A program made the translations under genes and the position numbers. Of a stretch of 64,000 bases of DNA, positions 60,619 through 64,000 are shown in pieces. This DNA comes from Candidatus Multivoradales bacterium (GTDB lineage Bacteria > Acidobacteriota > Thermoanaerobaculia > Multivoradales > JAHEKO01): the NCBI GenBank assembly GCA_965223155.1, contig CBDCVR010000015.1, positions 160,001 through 224,000 on the forward strand, given 5' to 3'. Each line of letters starts with the position of its first letter. Position 1 is the first letter of the stretch. The notes under the pieces are model-generated. The model saw only the letters and a program-made list of their open reading frames with translations. It did no database searches and was not told the origin of the DNA.

Positions 60619-61729
60619 AGTGAAGGTCGGTGCTCTGGTGCTGACGGCCGCCGTCGTTCTGGCGGCCGGCGTCTTCCTGATCGGCGAGCGCAACAACCTG
60701 TTCGCCCGCAAGAATCACTACTACGTGCGGTTCGAGAACGTTGCCGGCCTGGCGCCGGGAAGCCCCGTGCAATTGAACGGCGTCACCGTCGGCAACGTGG
60801 ACCGCGTGGTCCTGCCCGAGCGGGTCGACGAGAGCCTGCTGACCGTCTGGATCTCGATGGAGCACAAGTACGGGGGCAGGGTGCGCTCGGACTCCCTCGC
60901 CCGGATCAAGACCTTGGGGCTCCTGGGGGACAAGTACATCGAGATCTCCTCGGGATCGGCCGACGCCGAAATCGTGCCGGTGGAGGGACAGATCCAGGCC
61001 GCGCCGGCCACCGACGTGGACCACCTCCTGGCCTCGGGCGAGGACGCGGTCGACAACGTGGTGGCGATCTCGTACTCGCTGCGCAGTATTCTCGGGCGCC
61101 TGGAGCAGGGTCAGGGGTTTCTGGGCGAGCTCCTCTCTGAGAGTGAGACCGGCGATCAAGTCAAGGGATCTCTGGTCCAGACGGCCGCCAACCTGGAACG
61201 CATCACCTCGCGCATCGAGGGCGGCCAGGGCACGCTGGGCGCCCTTCTGCGCGACGACCGACTGGCCCGCCGGCTCGAAAGCGCCACCGCGCACCTGGAC
61301 CAGATTCTTACCCAGGTGGACTCGGGAGGCGGAACGCTGGGAGCGCTTCTGTCCGACGAGAAGCTGCTCGAGGACTTCAAGAGCGCGGTCTCCGGCCTGC
61401 GGGAAACGGCCGCGAGCCTGCAAGGCTTCGTGGACGACCTCCAGACCCAGGAAGGGCTGCTCCAGAAGTTCCTGCACGACGAGGACTACGCCCGCGAGGT
61501 TTCCGAGGACCTGCGGCGGCTTGTCGAGAATCTGTCACTGGTTTCTGACAAAATCGAGCGCGGCGAAGGCTCGCTCGGCGAGATCATCAATGACCCCCAT
61601 CTCTACCAAGCCCTCGACGACATCCTGGTCGGGATCGACGAATCGAAGCTGCTGCGCTGGCTGATTCGCAACCGGCAGAAGGCGGGCATTCAGAAACGGT
61701 ATCGAGACGAGGTCGAAAGCGCCGACTGA
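60608..61729 (+). CDS. mlaD: MCE/MlaD protein with a long helical repeat extension
   Basis: N-terminal TM; GLAPGSPVQLNGVTVG, GLLGDKYIEI; repeated GxGTLGALL-like units. Confidence 0.9.
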   Translation: MTREVKVGALVLTAAVVLAAGVFLIGERNNLFARKNHYYVRFENVAGLAPGSPVQLNGVTVGNVDRVVLPERVDESLLTVWISMEHKYGGRVRSDSLARIKTLGLLGDKYIEISSGSADAEIVPVEGQIQAAPATDVDHLLASGEDAVDNVVAISYSLRSILGRLEQGQGFLGELLSESETGDQVKGSLVQTAANLERITSRIEGGQGTLGALLRDDRLARRLESATAHLDQILTQVDSGGGTLGALLSDEKLLEDFKSAVSGLRETAASLQGFVDDLQTQEGLLQKFLHDEDYAREVSEDLRRLVENLSLVSDKIERGEGSLGEIINDPHLYQALDDILVGIDESKLLRWLIRNRQKAGIQKRYRDEVESAD

Positions 61730-61783
61730 GGCGGCGCGAGGCCTTCGCACCAAGCACGGAATTCGTCGGAAGGGAGCGCGTCA

Positions 61784-62749
61784 GTGGGGCAGCACATCTT
61801 GGTTACCGGCGGCGCCGGCTTCATCGGCTCCCATGTCACCGAGCGGCTCCTGGACCGCGGGGATCGTGTGACGATCCTGGATGACTTCAACGACTACTAC
61901 GACCCGGCCCGCAAGCGGCAGAACCTCGAGGTCGTCCGGCGCTCCGGCCAGGTCGAGTTGGTCGAAGGCGACATCCGGGACGCCGCACTGGTGGACGGGC
62001 TCTTCGCCCGCGCCGGCCTCGACGGGGTGATCCATCTGGCCGCCCGCGCCGGCGTCCGGCCGAGCCTGGCCGAGCCCATCCTGTACGAGGACGTCAACTG
62101 CATCGGGACCCTGCGCCTTCTCGAGGCGGCCCGTCACCACGGGCCCGCCAACTTCGTGTTCGGCTCCTCGTCCTCGGTCTACGGCATCAACAAGAAGGTG
62201 CCATTTGCCGAGACCGACCCGGTGGACCTGCCGATCAGCCCCTACGCCACGACCAAGCGTACCGGCGAGCTCTTGTGCTTCAACTACCACCACCTGTACG
62301 GCCTCAAGACCTCGTGCCTGCGTTTCTTCACGGTCTACGGGCCGCGCCAGCGGCCGGAGATGGCGATTCACAAGTTCACCGACCTCATCGCCCGCGGCCA
62401 GCCGATCCCGATGTACGGAGACGGCTCCAGCCGGCGCGACTACACCTTCATCGACGACATCGTGGACGGCGTTCTGGCGGCTCTGGATCTGGCTCCAGGG
62501 TTCGAGATCTTCAACCTCGGGGGCAGCGAGACCACTGGCCTGGCGGATCTGGTCTCCTGGATCGGAGCCGCGCTTGAAGTCGAACCGCGGATCGAGTATC
62601 TTGCCGACCAGCCCGGCGACGTCCCGATCACATTCGCGAACGTCGCCAAGGCCAACCGCCTCCTCGGCTATTCCCCGAAAGTACCGATTCGAGAAGGGCT
62701 CAAGCGTTTTGTCGCTTGGTACCGTGAGGACGCCGAAGCCCGCGCTTAG
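61784..62749 (+). CDS. NAD-dependent epimerase (UDP-glucuronate 4-epimerase-like)
   Basis: TGGAGFIG, HLAARAGVRPS, SSSSVYG, YATTK, RFFTVYGPRQRPEMA, RDYT. Confidence 0.9.
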   Translation: MGQHILVTGGAGFIGSHVTERLLDRGDRVTILDDFNDYYDPARKRQNLEVVRRSGQVELVEGDIRDAALVDGLFARAGLDGVIHLAARAGVRPSLAEPILYEDVNCIGTLRLLEAARHHGPANFVFGSSSSVYGINKKVPFAETDPVDLPISPYATTKRTGELLCFNYHHLYGLKTSCLRFFTVYGPRQRPEMAIHKFTDLIARGQPIPMYGDGSSRRDYTFIDDIVDGVLAALDLAPGFEIFNLGGSETTGLADLVSWIGAALEVEPRIEYLADQPGDVPITFANVAKANRLLGYSPKVPIREGLKRFVAWYREDAEARA

Positions 62750-62770
62750 ACCCACGAGCGAGACCCCATC

Positions 62771-64000
62771 ATGAAGATCTGCATCGCCGGCAGCGGCTAC
62801 GTCGGCCTGGTCACCGGAACGTGTCTGGCCGACTTCGGGATGCACGTCGTGTGCGTCGACAAGGATCAGAACAAGATCGCGGCGCTCGAGCGAGGCGAGA
62901 TTCCGATCTACGAGCCCGGTCTCAGCGGCATGGTGCGCAAGAACACCGCCGCCGGCCGGCTGGAGTTCTCGACCGACCTGCCGGCGGCCATCCAGGAAGC
63001 CTCGGTCGTATTCATCGCCGTCGGCACGCCGTCGCGACCGGACGGCTCGGCCGACCTCGTCTACGTCCGGCAGGTGGCACGCACGATCGCCGAGAATCTG
63101 AACGGCTACAAGGTCGTCGTCACCAAGAGCACGGTCCCGGTGGGTACCGGACGGCTTGTCGAGAGCATCATCCGCGAGGCCCGTAACGAAGAAACGCCCT
63201 TCTCGGTGGCCAGCAACCCCGAGTTCCTCCGCGAGGGCTCGGCGATCGAAGACTTTCTCCAGCCCGACCGCGTGGTTATCGGCGCCTCGGACCAGCGGGC
63301 CATCGACGTCATGGCGGACATCTACTCTCCGCTCCGCGTGGCGGACGTGCCTTTCGTCGTCACGACTCTGGAGACGGCCGAGCTCGTCAAGTACGCGTCG
63401 AACGCGTTTCTGGCCACCAAGATCTCGTTTATCAACGAGGTCGCCCACCTGTGCGAGTTCTTGAACGCGGACGTCGAGACCGTCGCTCAAGGGATGGGCC
63501 TCGACGACCGCATCGGCCCGAAGTTCCTGCATCCGGGTCCGGGCTTCGGCGGCTCGTGCTTTCCCAAGGACAGCCGCGCCATCGTGGATATCGCCAACTC
63601 CCAGGGACTGCGCTTTCAGATCATGGAGTCGGTGCTCGAAGTCAACCGCGCGACCACCGAGCGCATGGTGGACAAGATCGCCGAGGCCGTCGGCGGCCTC
63701 GATGGCAAGACCCTGGCGGTCCTGGGTCTGGCCTTCAAGCCCGAGACGGACGACATTCGCGAGTCGCCGGCGTTGACCATCGTGGACGGCCTGCTGGCCC
63801 AGGGAGCCTCGCTTCGCGTCTTCGATCCCGAGGCGATGGAGGGCTGCCGCGACCGGTGGGCCACCGGCGTCGAGTTCTGCTCGGATGTGTACGACGCCGC
63901 CACCGGTGCCGACGGGCTCGTCATCGTCACCGAGTGGAACCAGTTCCGGGCGCTCGAGCTAGACCAACTCGAAAAGCGCATGAACGCGCCGGTCATCGTG
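62771..64000 (+). CDS. ugd: UDP-glucose 6-dehydrogenase (runs off the window end)
   Basis: Read by hand: MKICIAGSGYVGLV, FIAVGTP, KSTVPVG, SNPEFLREG, KYASNAFLATKISFINE, GFGGSCFPKD, GLAFKPETDD. Confidence 0.93.
   Translation, partial: MKICIAGSGYVGLVTGTCLADFGMHVVCVDKDQNKIAALERGEIPIYEPGLSGMVRKNTAAGRLEFSTDLPAAIQEASVVFIAVGTPSRPDGSADLVYVRQVARTIAENLNGYKVVVTKSTVPVGTGRLVESIIREARNEETPFSVASNPEFLREGSAIEDFLQPDRVVIGASDQRAIDVMADIYSPLRVADVPFVVTTLETAELVKYASNAFLATKISFINEVAHLCEFLNADVETVAQGMGLDDRIGPKFLHPGPGFGGSCFPKDSRAIVDIANSQGLRFQIMESVLEVNRATTERMVDKIAEAVGGLDGKTLAVLGLAFKPETDDIRESPALTIVDGLLAQGASLRVFDPEAMEGCRDRWATGVEFCSDVYDAATGADGLVIVTEWNQFRALELDQLEKRMNAPVIV

Overview
High-GC (roughly 70% by eye), gene-dense bacterial chromosomal segment made mostly of housekeeping genes. 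The content (lpxH, Mla, futalosine-pathway mqnD, MglA-like GTPase, many TPR proteins, hrcA) fits a diderm such as Acidobacteriota or a deltaproteobacteria-like lineage; this is inference only. About 50 CDSs: icd, cdd, mqnD, class-3 asparaginase, a fused LeuD-LeuC-type hydro-lyase, an argE-hutF pair, kinase-less signalling genes (OmpR-type regulator, single receiver, Hpt), TPR proteins, M2 peptidase, aminotransferase, dsbD, a second NAD-type IDH, the ffh-rpsP-khpA-rimM-trmD-rplS-rnhB cluster, pyk, a long hrcA-grpE-dnaK-dnaJ-prmA-rsmE-pilT-recX-alaS-slt-pgsA-mmpL run, mglA-like-nrdR-hsp20-lon-thiL, split dpp permeases, a 1060-aa sigma54 activator, aroA-lpxH-mrp-plsC, mlaEFD and UDP-sugar genes. 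I saw no tRNA, rRNA, CRISPR array, prophage or transposase. Best leads: (1) a dispersed Myxococcus-like polarity kit (SgmX-like TPR protein, extended MglA without MglB, PilT paralogue); (2) a degenerate CTAG/TTAG-bounded intergenic repeat family sitting on stop codons; (3) a candidate noncontiguous operon (bEBP-dppB-[antisense msrC]-dppC); (4) unusual enzyme architectures. None is proven novel without database searches.
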